A stretch of 64,000 nucleotides of DNA from the NCBI GenBank assembly GCA_044222065.1, contig JBGAOA010000004.1, forward strand, positions 36,363-100,362. Direction: 5' to 3'. The position numbers and the translations under genes were made by a program. Source of the DNA: Candidatus Eiseniibacteriota bacterium. GTDB lineage: Bacteria; Eisenbacteria; RBG-16-71-46. The notes under the pieces were generated by a model. That model ran no database searches. It saw only the letters and a list, made by a program, of their open reading frames with translations, and was not told the origin of the DNA. Shown one piece after another: positions 9,456 to 18,200 of this stretch. How positions within the stretch are numbered: position 1 is the stretch's first letter; each line of letters opens with the position of its first letter.

Positions 9456-11551
9456 GCGGCCTCCGCGAGAGCCGCGAGGTCCACGACCTCGGCGAGCCGC
9501 CCGCCGACGATCGCGCGCGCCGCGCCGTCGGGGTCGAGCGCGAGCACGTCCTCGACGCGCTCGAACGCGAAGCCGACCGTCTTGCCGCGGCACTCGCACA
9601 CGAGCACGGGCACGGTGCCCGCCGCGGCGCTCCACGCCGGATCGCCCGCATCGCCGAGCGCCGTGCCGAGCGGCACGACCGGGAGCAGGCGGCCCTGCCA
9701 CTCGGCCGCCCAGCCGTCGCGGCCGCGCGCGAGTGATCCGGGCGCGAACGACTCGATGCGCGCGACGTGTTCGAGCGGCACGATCGCGAGCCGCTCGCCG
9801 CCGAGCGAGACGAGCAGTCCGCGCGCGCGGTCGTCCGGCGGCGCCGGCGGCGGCGGCGCGGCGGCGCGCGGCGCGGCGGCATCGAAGCCCGCGCGGCGCG
9901 CGAGCCCCGGCAGATCGAGGATCAGCGCGATGCCGCCGTCTCCGAGCAGCGTCGCGCCGGCGTAGGCGCGCAGCGCCCGCAGCGACTGCGCGAGCGGCTT
10001 CACGACGATCTCCTGGGTGTCCACGATGCGCTCGAACACGAGCCCGAGGCGGCGGCCGTCCGCGGTGACGACGGCGATCTGGCCGCGGCGGCGCTCGAGG
10101 CTCTCGGCGCGCGTCGCGAGCCCGAGCGACTCGGCGAGGAACACGAGCGGCAGCAGCGTGCCGCGCAGCCGCATCACGGGCGCTCCCTCGACCTGCTCGA
10201 ACGCGTCGCCGCCGAAGACGTGCAGCGGGACGAGCTCGTCCACGCTGACCTGCGGGATCGCGAAGCGCGCGCCCGCCTCCTCGACGAGCAGCACGGGCAC
10301 GATCGCGAGCGTGAGCGGGATGCGCAGCCGGAACGTCGTGCCGCGCCCGGGGTCGGAGTCCACCTCGATCGAGCCGCCGATGCGTTCGATGCCCGACTTC
10401 ACGACGTCGAGCCCGACGCCGCGCCCCGAGATCGCGGTGACCTCCTTCGCGGTCGTGAAGCCCGGCAGGAACAGGAACTGGAGCCACTGCCGCTCGCTCG
10501 CGCGCTCGGCGTCCTCGCGCGCGAGCAGCCCGCGCTCGAGCGCCGCCTCGCGGATGCGGTCGACGCGGATGCCGCCGCCGTCGTCGGCGACCGTGAGCAG
10601 CACCTGTCCGCCCTCGTGGCGCGCGGCGATGCGCACGACGCCCTCGGCGGGCTTGCCCGCGGCGGCGCGCGCCTCGGGCGACTCGATGCCGTGGTCCACC
10701 GCGTTGCGGACGAGATGGACGAGCGGGTCCTTGAGCGCCTCGATCAAGGCCTTGTCGAGCTCGGTCGAGGTGCCTTCCCTGTCGAGCCGCACGCGCTTGC
10801 CGCACGCGGCGGCGACGTCGTGCACGAGGCGCGGCAGCCGCTGCCACAGCGTCGAGATCGGCTGCATGCGCGTTCGCATGACTTCTTCCTGCAGCCGCGT
10901 CGTCAGGTGGTGCAGGCGCTGGTTCGCGCCCGGCAACTCGGCCCAGTTGCGCGCGGCCGAGTACTGCGCGACCTGGTTGCGCACGAGCACGAGTTCGCTC
11001 GCGAGGTTCATGAGCCGGTCGAGCAGCCCCACGTCCACGCGCAGGTGGTTCGCCTCGGCGGCGCTGGCCGCGGCCGCGGCGTCTTCGCGCTTCCCGCGCA
11101 GGGCGCGCACCGCCTCGCTCGTCGTGTCGGCGGTCGCGCTCGAGCGCGCCGCTCGCTCGGCCGCGCGGCCCGCGAGCGCCTCGGCGCGCAGCACGACGTC
11201 GTCGAACGAGTCGGGGCCCTCGCTGCGGGAGCGCTCGACGTGGCCGAGGATCACGCGCACCGCGTCCACGGTCGCGAGCAGCGCGGCGGTGACGTCGGCG
11301 GACGGCTCGAGCGCGCCGGCGCGCACGCGCGCGAGCAGGTTCTCGCCGGCGTGCGCCACGCGCTCGAGCGCGCGGTAGCCGAGGAACGAGCACGTGCCCT
11401 TGATGGTGTGGAGCGCGCGGAACGCGTCGTCGAGCGCGGGCTTCGCGCCCGGTTCGCGTTCGAGCGCGAGCAGGTCGCGGTCGAGACGGTCGAGCCCCTC
11501 GTGGCTGTCCGCGAGGAACTCCTCGATGATGGCGTCGTCCATCTCGCTCAA
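9452..11551 (-). CDS. cheA: Chemotaxis histidine kinase CheA (Hpt, dimerisation, HATPase, two CheW-like domains)
   Basis: FRALHTIKG, HLVRNAVDHGIE, DDGGGI, SGRGVGLDVVK, IPLTLAI. Confidence 0.96.
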   Translation of the reverse strand: MSEMDDAIIEEFLADSHEGLDRLDRDLLALEREPGAKPALDDAFRALHTIKGTCSFLGYRALERVAHAGENLLARVRAGALEPSADVTAALLATVDAVRVILGHVERSRSEGPDSFDDVVLRAEALAGRAAERAARSSATADTTSEAVRALRGKREDAAAAASAAEANHLRVDVGLLDRLMNLASELVLVRNQVAQYSAARNWAELPGANQRLHHLTTRLQEEVMRTRMQPISTLWQRLPRLVHDVAAACGKRVRLDREGTSTELDKALIEALKDPLVHLVRNAVDHGIESPEARAAAGKPAEGVVRIAARHEGGQVLLTVADDGGGIRVDRIREAALERGLLAREDAERASERQWLQFLFLPGFTTAKEVTAISGRGVGLDVVKSGIERIGGSIEVDSDPGRGTTFRLRIPLTLAIVPVLLVEEAGARFAIPQVSVDELVPLHVFGGDAFEQVEGAPVMRLRGTLLPLVFLAESLGLATRAESLERRRGQIAVVTADGRRLGLVFERIVDTQEIVVKPLAQSLRALRAYAGATLLGDGGIALILDLPGLARRAGFDAAAPRAAAPPPPAPPDDRARGLLVSLGGERLAIVPLEHVARIESFAPGSLARGRDGWAAEWQGRLLPVVPLGTALGDAGDPAWSAAAGTVPVLVCECRGKTVGFAFERVEDVLALDPDGAARAIVGGRLAEVVDLAALAEAA

Positions 11552-11637
11552 CGCGCCGCTCCTCACCCGAATCGAAGCAAACGAAAATGCGCGCTCCCGC
11601 GTCGGACGCGGAGCGCCGGGTCGTGCCTGCGCGGAAG

Positions 11638-11664
11638 TTATCGGCGCTCAGGCGCCGAGCCTGC
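11638..11664 (-). promoter_or_regulatory. Putative sigma28-type promoter of the che operon
   Basis: GCAGG-N14-GCCGATAA on the minus strand (perfect FliA -10 element), about 85 nt upstream of cheA. Confidence 0.6.
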
Positions 11665-11787
11665 ACGGCGGAATGCGGTTGCGGGCGCGAACGGCGCGGC
11701 CGGAACGCGTGTCGGCGGAGAGGCGCGCGCGGGGCGAAACGCCGCGCGCCGGAGGCGCGGCGCGCCTCCGGTCGAGGGGCTCGAGCG

Positions 11788-14223
11788 TCAGCGCAGCGGC
11801 TTGAGCGCGATCGCGAGCTCGAGGTTCGTCGTGCCGAGGCTCACGGCCTCGCGGTGGGTCAGGAACCCTTGCGCGACGACGGACAGCGTGCGGTCGCCGC
11901 TCGGCGCGGCGATGCAGAAGCGCCCGCGCCGGTCGGTGCGCGCGGACAGATCGAGGTCGGCGAGCAGCACGCGCGCGCCGACGACCGGGTGGCCCTCGTC
12001 GTCCACGACCGCGCCGCACAGCAGCGGCCAGTCGGAGGAATCACCGGCCGCCTCGTCGGCCGCGCTCGACGGCGCGGCCTGCGCGGGCGCCGGTGCGGAG
12101 GTCACGTTGGTGCGCGTCGCGGACGTGAAGGCGGGCGGATTCGCAGCCGGAGCGGGCGGCGGCGCGGCATTCGCGCCCGCGGGCGTCGTGCCCGCGGACG
12201 GCTCGCTCGTGCGCGCCGGAGCGGCCGCGGCATTCGTGGGACGCGACGTGGCCGCGACGTTCGGCGAGCGCGGCGAGGTCGCGGCGGCGTCGGAACGCGT
12301 CGCGGGCGCCGCGTTCACGACGGGCTTCGAGGCGGGCGGCGTGCGCTCGGGCGCCGGCGATGCGGTTTCGGCCGGCGCGTTCGCGCGTGCGGGCGGCGTC
12401 GGCGCGGGCGCCGCCGGTTCGAGCGCGGTCGCGGGTACCGCGGGCGCGGGCTCGAGGTTCGCGTTCGGTTCGAGCGCCGGCGCGTCGTGGCGTGCGGCGG
12501 CGGACCCGGGCGTCACGCCCGTCGCGGGCGGTCCCGAGAGCCGGGGCCCGATCCACACGCCGAACGCGAAGAGCATCAGCGCCACGCTCGCGATCGCGAT
12601 CGCCGAGCCGTGCGACGAGCGCTTCGGAGGCGCCGTGTCCATCATGCGCTCGAGTCGCGAGATCGCGGCCTCACGCGCGGCCGCCGCGCGCGCCTCGGCG
12701 CGCTTCGCACGGGCGCGCGCGCGGCGCGGCGACTCGGGCGCGCCGTCGTCGCCGGTCGCGAACGCATCGGCGTCGTCGTCGGCCGCGACCTCGGCGAGGT
12801 CGGCGTCCATCGGCGGCGTATCCGTCTCGCGCGCGAGGCTCGCGCGGTCGTCGTGCGCGTTCGCGGGCGCGTCCGATTCGCGTGCGTCCTTCGCGCGTCG
12901 CTCGTCGCGTCGCGGCGTTTCGGAAGCGGCCGCCGCGGTCGGGGTCGCCGCACCGTCGGCCGGGCGCGAGGCATCGGGCTTCGCGCCGCGCCCGAAGCGG
13001 CCGAGGTCGAGCTGCTGCGGCACGATCGGCCGAGTCGCCTGGTTCGCCGCCGGCGAGATGGACTGGCTCGGCAGGATGAGCGGCGTCGGCCGGCCCGCGG
13101 CTCGATCCGGCGCTTGCGACGCCGGCGACGACGCCGCGTCGCGGCCGCGCGATTCACGCCGCGACTCGCGCGAGCGCTCGGGCGCGACGTCGCGCTTCGG
13201 CGTCTCGGGCTTCGGTGCGGCGACGTTCGTCGGAGCGGCATCGCGCTTCGGTGTCTCGGGCTTCGGCGCGGCGACGTTCGTCGGAGCGGCATCGCGCGTC
13301 GGCGTCTCGGGCTTCGGAGCGGCATCGCGCTCTTTCGCCTCGCGCTTCGGCGCGGCTTCGTTCGCCGTCGCCGCATCGCGCTCTTTCGCCTCGCGCTTCG
13401 TCGCGGCTTCGTTCGCCGTCGCGGCATGGCGCTCTTTCGCCTCGCGCTTCGGCGCGGCTTCGTTCGCCGTCGCGGCATCGCGCTCCTTCGCCTCGCTCTT
13501 CGCCGCAACGTCGCTCGTGGGCTCGGCCCCGCGCTTCGCCGTCTCGCTCTTCGCCGCGGCGTCGGGCTTCGCCACGCCATCGTGCTTCGGCGCTTCCGGC
13601 TTCGCCACGAGGCGCGGAGGCTCGATCGCTCGCGGCGCGGCGGGCGCGGGGCCCTGCGGCTCGAGCGATTCGAGTTCGATCGCCGGCGGCTCGGGCGGCG
13701 GGGGCGGCCCCGCCGACGCGCCCGCGTCGCTCGCCGCAGGGAGCGCCGGAATCGCCGCGGCCGGTTCGTTCGCGATCGGGTCGGCGGGCGCGACGAGTTC
13801 GAGCGGCTCGGGCGCGTCGGCCGCGCGCGCCGCACGCGCCTCGCCGGCGCTCGCCGCGCGGTCCGCGGGCCTGGTCGTCGCCTCGCGGCGTTCGGCGCGC
13901 CGCTCGATCCGCGGGTCCGCGCCCGTCTTCGCGAGGCCGAGGAAGTTCGCGAGCCGAGAACCGCCGCGCTTCGCCCGGGGCGCGCCGCCCGTCGCCTCCG
14001 CTTCGATCTCGGTTTCGAGGCGCGTGGCCGCGTCCTCGAAGAACTCGTCGCCCGGGTCGTGCGCGAGCAGGCGCACGAGCGCCGCGTCCACGCGCGCGAG
14101 CCGCTCGCGGCGCTCGGTGCACGCCTCGCACGCCGACAGGTGCCGACGCACGAGTTCGAGCGAGACGCCGAACAGCGCGTCGTCGAGCGAGGCCGAGAGC
14201 TGCTGGGGCGTGAGGTGCTTCAT
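11788..14223 (-). CDS. ZAS-type (zf-HC2) anti-sigma-like membrane protein with long low-complexity linker and C-terminal carboxypeptidase-regulatory-like domain
   Basis: N-terminal HLSACEAC (HxxxCxxC). One TM segment (IAIASVALMLFAFGVWIG). C-terminal GAVVDDEGHPVVGARV...TDRRGRF. ATGA-coupled to the ECF sigma gene. Confidence 0.75.
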   Translation of the reverse strand: MKHLTPQQLSASLDDALFGVSLELVRRHLSACEACTERRERLARVDAALVRLLAHDPGDEFFEDAATRLETEIEAEATGGAPRAKRGGSRLANFLGLAKTGADPRIERRAERREATTRPADRAASAGEARAARAADAPEPLELVAPADPIANEPAAAIPALPAASDAGASAGPPPPPEPPAIELESLEPQGPAPAAPRAIEPPRLVAKPEAPKHDGVAKPDAAAKSETAKRGAEPTSDVAAKSEAKERDAATANEAAPKREAKERHAATANEAATKREAKERDAATANEAAPKREAKERDAAPKPETPTRDAAPTNVAAPKPETPKRDAAPTNVAAPKPETPKRDVAPERSRESRRESRGRDAASSPASQAPDRAAGRPTPLILPSQSISPAANQATRPIVPQQLDLGRFGRGAKPDASRPADGAATPTAAAASETPRRDERRAKDARESDAPANAHDDRASLARETDTPPMDADLAEVAADDDADAFATGDDGAPESPRRARARAKRAEARAAAAREAAISRLERMMDTAPPKRSSHGSAIAIASVALMLFAFGVWIGPRLSGPPATGVTPGSAAARHDAPALEPNANLEPAPAVPATALEPAAPAPTPPARANAPAETASPAPERTPPASKPVVNAAPATRSDAAATSPRSPNVAATSRPTNAAAAPARTSEPSAGTTPAGANAAPPPAPAANPPAFTSATRTNVTSAPAPAQAAPSSAADEAAGDSSDWPLLCGAVVDDEGHPVVGARVLLADLDLSARTDRRGRFCIAAPSGDRTLSVVAQGFLTHREAVSLGTTNLELAIALKPLR
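13190..13500. repeat. Two adjacent in-frame 51-bp tandem repeat arrays (17-aa units)
   Basis: Units start at 13190/13241/13292 (PKPETPKRDAAPTNVAA) and 13322/13373/13424/13475 (NEAAPKREAKERDAATA). Confidence 0.9.
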
Positions 14224-14810
14224 GCGGCGTCCTCGCGCGGTTCTGCGGGCAGCGCCGTCGCGAGCCGCTCGCGCACGCCCGCGAGCCGGTGCATCACGTG
14301 GCCGACCTGCGTCTCGGTCAGGTTTCCGAGCGCGGCGTAGTGCAGCTGCTCGACGAGCCGGAGCGCGAGCAGCATCTGCTCATCGGGGCCGAGATCGGCG
14401 TACGCGCGCAGCACCGCGGGATCGAGCGTCGCGGCTTCGGGCGGGTACGACGGGTCGTTCCACGCCTCGCCGTTCGGGCGCACGCGCGCGGCGAACGACG
14501 GCTGGTCTCCCGCGCGCCGGCGCTGTCGCGTCACGGCGAGGTTGCGCGCGATGCGCGCGAGCCACGGGAAGAACGGCCGGCCGACCGGCAGGTGGCGCAG
14601 CCCGCGCCACGCGTGAAGGGCGGACTCGTGCGCGAGATTCGCCGCGGCCGAGTGCTCGCGCGTGAACGCGAAGCACAGCCGGTAGAGCGGACGCTGGTAC
14701 TCGCGCAGCAGCTCGAAGAACGCCGGACGGTCGCCCTTCTGCGCCAGCAGCACGAGACCCGCTTCTCGACCGGACTCCATCCAGGGTCCGGGGTTCACCG
14801 GAGCGTCCAT
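14220..14810 (-). CDS. ECF RNA polymerase sigma factor (divergent)
   Basis: AQKGDRPAFFELLREYQRPLY...PWLARIARN (region 2) and a C-terminal HTH-like region 4. Coupled to the ZAS protein. Confidence 0.8.
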   Translation of the reverse strand: MDAPVNPGPWMESGREAGLVLLAQKGDRPAFFELLREYQRPLYRLCFAFTREHSAAANLAHESALHAWRGLRHLPVGRPFFPWLARIARNLAVTRQRRRAGDQPSFAARVRPNGEAWNDPSYPPEAATLDPAVLRAYADLGPDEQMLLALRLVEQLHYAALGNLTETQVGHVMHRLAGVRERLATALPAEPREDAA

Positions 14811-14894
14811 ATTCCGGGTTCCTCTCCACGCCTTTCGCCGCACGCTCGAACACCCCACGGGCCGAGACCCGCGGGCGGAGACCTGCCGAGATCG

Positions 14895-14921
14895 TTTTCG
14901 GCCGCGCGGGCCGAGGCTTAG
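14895..14921 (-). promoter_or_regulatory. Putative sigma28-type promoter
   Basis: CTAAG-N14-GCCGAAAA upstream of the ECF sigma gene. Confidence 0.5.
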
Positions 14922-15294
14922 AGGGGGAATTGCCGCCCCGCCCCGGCCGCCGCCGGTGCCGGGTCATTTCGTCCCGGCCACCGGCGACCCGTAACCCCTG
15001 TGCGCCCCGGCCGGTTTTCGCGTTTAGGGAAGTGAGAGGGGGCCGGAACGGGTCGCGCACCGAGGGCGCGTGATCTTTTCGACGGGCACCTTGTCGAAGG
15101 GGACTCAGGGAGTCCCGCCGCGTCGGAGGGCGGGGCCCGGGCCTCCCCCCGGCAGGCGGAGCGAAGGCTCCGCCGCCGCGCCGACGGCATGGGCCGGCGC
15201 GGACGGAACGAGGCGCGGCCCTCTCGAATGTTGCGCCGGTAGCGAGGTGCGTTGCCCGCGGTGGGGCGGGCGACGCCCTCCGCCGGCGCAGCTG

Positions 15295-18200
15295 CTATTG
15301 CACGCGGACCTGGAACGTCACGCTGCCCGAGCCGCCCGGAAGCAGCGTGCCCGAGAGCGTCCACTGGACGACGCCCGTTCCGCCCGGCGCCGGCGCCGCC
15401 GAGACCACGCAGCCCGTGAGTCCGCCGCCGAGCGCGCCGCAGCCCGCGCCGAGGAACACGGTGTAGGCGGGGGTCGCGTCCTGGACCACGATCGCGGACA
15501 GCGGCTCGGGCCCGGGATTCGTGTAGGTGATCGTGTAGGTGAGCGCATCGCCCGGCAGCGCGGACGCGCTGCTCACGGACTTCGTCAGCTGGAGTCCGCC
15601 CGAGGTCGCGATCGTCGTCTGATCGAGCAGCACCGCGTCGGCCGAGAGCGGCGGCGCCGCGCCCGAATAGTCGAAGCTCGCCCGCACCGTGAGCTGCTCG
15701 CCCGCGCCCGCGGTCGCGCCTGCCGGGCTCTGGTGGCGCACGATCACGCACACGCTCTGGCCCGCGAGCAGCGCGAGCGGCGCCGTGATCTCGGGCTCGC
15801 CGGGCTCGAGCACGCCGTCGCAGTCGAGATCGCGCCACACGCTCGCCGACCAGCCCGGGATCGCCGGCACCGGCGCGCCGCTCGTCGAGAAGGCGAGCGT
15901 CCCCGCCGAGCCGGCCGCGAACACGTGCGGGTAGTCGGCGAAGGCGCCGGGGAACACCGCGCGCGCGCCCGCGGCGGCGAAGCCGCTCGCGGGCACGTCG
16001 CCGAAGCCGAGACCCGAGTACACGACGCCGCTCGCGAGCGTGAACGCGAACGCGTCGGAGGCGCGCGCGTACGTGCCGCCCGTGGTGCCGGCGGCGCCGC
16101 CCGTCGAGAGCCATCCCGAAGGCGTCGATTCGGCGATCGTCACCGCGCCCGCGGCCGTGAACGGCAGCCACAGCGCGAAGCCGCCGGCCGGATCGGTGAG
16201 CACGCTGTCGCACGCGCCGCCCGGGCACGCGGCCGACAGCGCGCGCACGCGCGCGCCGGCGACGCCAGCTTCGGCCGGCTGCGCCACGCCGTCGTTCGCG
16301 CCGCCGCCGCCCGCGCCGTCGTCGCGGAACACGCGGCCTTCGACGCGGCTGCCGTGGTAGAAGCCGAAGTTCTGGTCCACGAGGTTCGCGGCCGACACCG
16401 TGACGGTCGTGCGCACGCCGCCCGCGGCCTCGGTGCCGATCCAGCCCGCGGGTGTGGCGGGCGTCACGTCGGAGGCGACGCCGTTGTCGTCGAGCACGAT
16501 CGAGTACGTGCCGGCGGCGACGAAGCCGAAGCCGTAGGCCCCGGTGATGCCGTCCACCGACACGATCTGCTGCGCCGAGCCGGGCAGCGCGTTCGACACG
16601 AGCTTCGCGAACAGCGGCTGGCCGGTGCCGTTCTCGCCCGCATCGCGCGTGAGGTCGTGGTTCGCGTCGTGGTACGCCCAGCCGCTCACCGACACGCCGC
16701 TCGTCACGGTCGCGAGCCCCGAGAACTCGCTCGTCGCCGAGGCGAGCGTCGCCGTCGCCGTGAGCCGCACGCCGGGCGAGACCGCGCCCGGGGTCGGAAC
16801 CGTGAAGCGGAAGCGGTTCGTGAGGTCGGTGCCCTGGTTCACACCGTTCACGAGCCCCGAATAGGTGCTCGCGCCGGCGTCGAGGTCCGAGGCCGAGCCT
16901 TCGACGAGCGTCGTCACGTACGTGCGGCCCTCGCCGAAGCCCGAGGGATCGGGCTCGGCCACGAACAGCTCGATCGTCGAGCCCGGCCGCGCCCAGCCCG
17001 TCACGGTGAAGCTGCCGTTCGCCGTGACCGCGGTTTCGAGCACGGGGAAGTTCGGCAGTCCGTTCGCGCCGGCGTCGGCGTCGGCGAGATCGTTGCGCGT
17101 GAAGAACGGGCTCGTGCCGCGCGCTTCGTTCTGGCCGCTCGCGAGCAGGTCGATGCCGATCTGCCCGCTCGCGACACCGCCGCCGAGCGGTGCGACGGTG
17201 CCGTTGTCGTACATCGAATTGCGCGTGAGCGTGCTCGTCGAAGCGGTCGGGCAGGCGAGCACGCCCGCGCCGACGTTCTGCGCGAGCACGCAGCGATCGA
17301 CGCGGTTGCCGGCGCCGTCGAGCCGCACGCCCGGCGTCTCGGACGTCGCGCCCGCGCCGAGCCCGTTGCGCGTCACGGTGAGGTTCGTGAACGTCGAGCC
17401 GCCGGTGCCGGTGCGCGTGTCGAGGCCCGGCCCCTCGTGCTGCGTCACGAGCGCGTTGCGCACGACGAGCGTCCCGCCCCCTTCGAGCGACACGCCGTCG
17501 CGCGTCGGGTTCCCGATCGCGTTCCCGCGGATCTCGGCGCCGTCCACCGTCCAGCCGTTCGAGCCCGCGACGAACGCGAGACCCGAGCCCGCGCCGAAGC
17601 CCGCGAGCACGTTCGTCACCGCGCCGTTGTCGCCGCCGACGGCGCGCAGGTGGTCGCCGCCCGAGCGCAGGCTCGCGCCGGGATCGGCGAACGCGCGCGC
17701 GGACGTGCCGAGCACGGCGGCCGTGAGCGCGAACGCGTTCGCCGTCGCGCCGACGCGCACGTCGGCGTTCGCGTCCGAGCCGGCGGCGTTCCCGAAGCCG
17801 AACACGGCGAGACGCGCGAGCACGACGTTCGCGGCCTGCACGTCGAGGCCGATCGCGACCGACAGGCTGTCGCGCAGTTCGACCTCGGGCGCGGCGACGG
17901 TCGCGAGCGCGACGCCGTCCACGCCGACGGTGCCGCCCGCGCCGAGCGCGCCGGGATTCGTGTCGCCGACGTTCGCGGTCTGCGTCGCGCCGTCCACGCG
18001 CACGGCCTCCGTGATCGCGGGCAGCGCGCTCGTCACGCGCACGGACACGACGCCGCTCACGAGCAGGTTCGCGAGTCCCGCGCGCAGGCCCGGGTGCGCG
18101 GCGCCGTCGGTGACGAGGAACAGCGCGTTCTCGGTGCCGGGCGTGAAGCCGGACTGGGCGAGCCCGGTGTTCGAGAGCGCGTTCGCGTTCACGAGGAACT

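Noticed and set aside
13190..13500. Possible CRISPR array
   Set aside because: Contiguous in-frame 51-bp coding repeats with no unique spacers. No cas genes seen.
9767..14665. Very long alternative-frame ORFs (e.g. 9767..14665+, 14918..20071-, 1240..3315+, the 5' part of 23512..31479+)
   Set aside because: Arg/Ala/Pro-rich shadow frames typical of high-GC DNA, overlapping well-supported genes.
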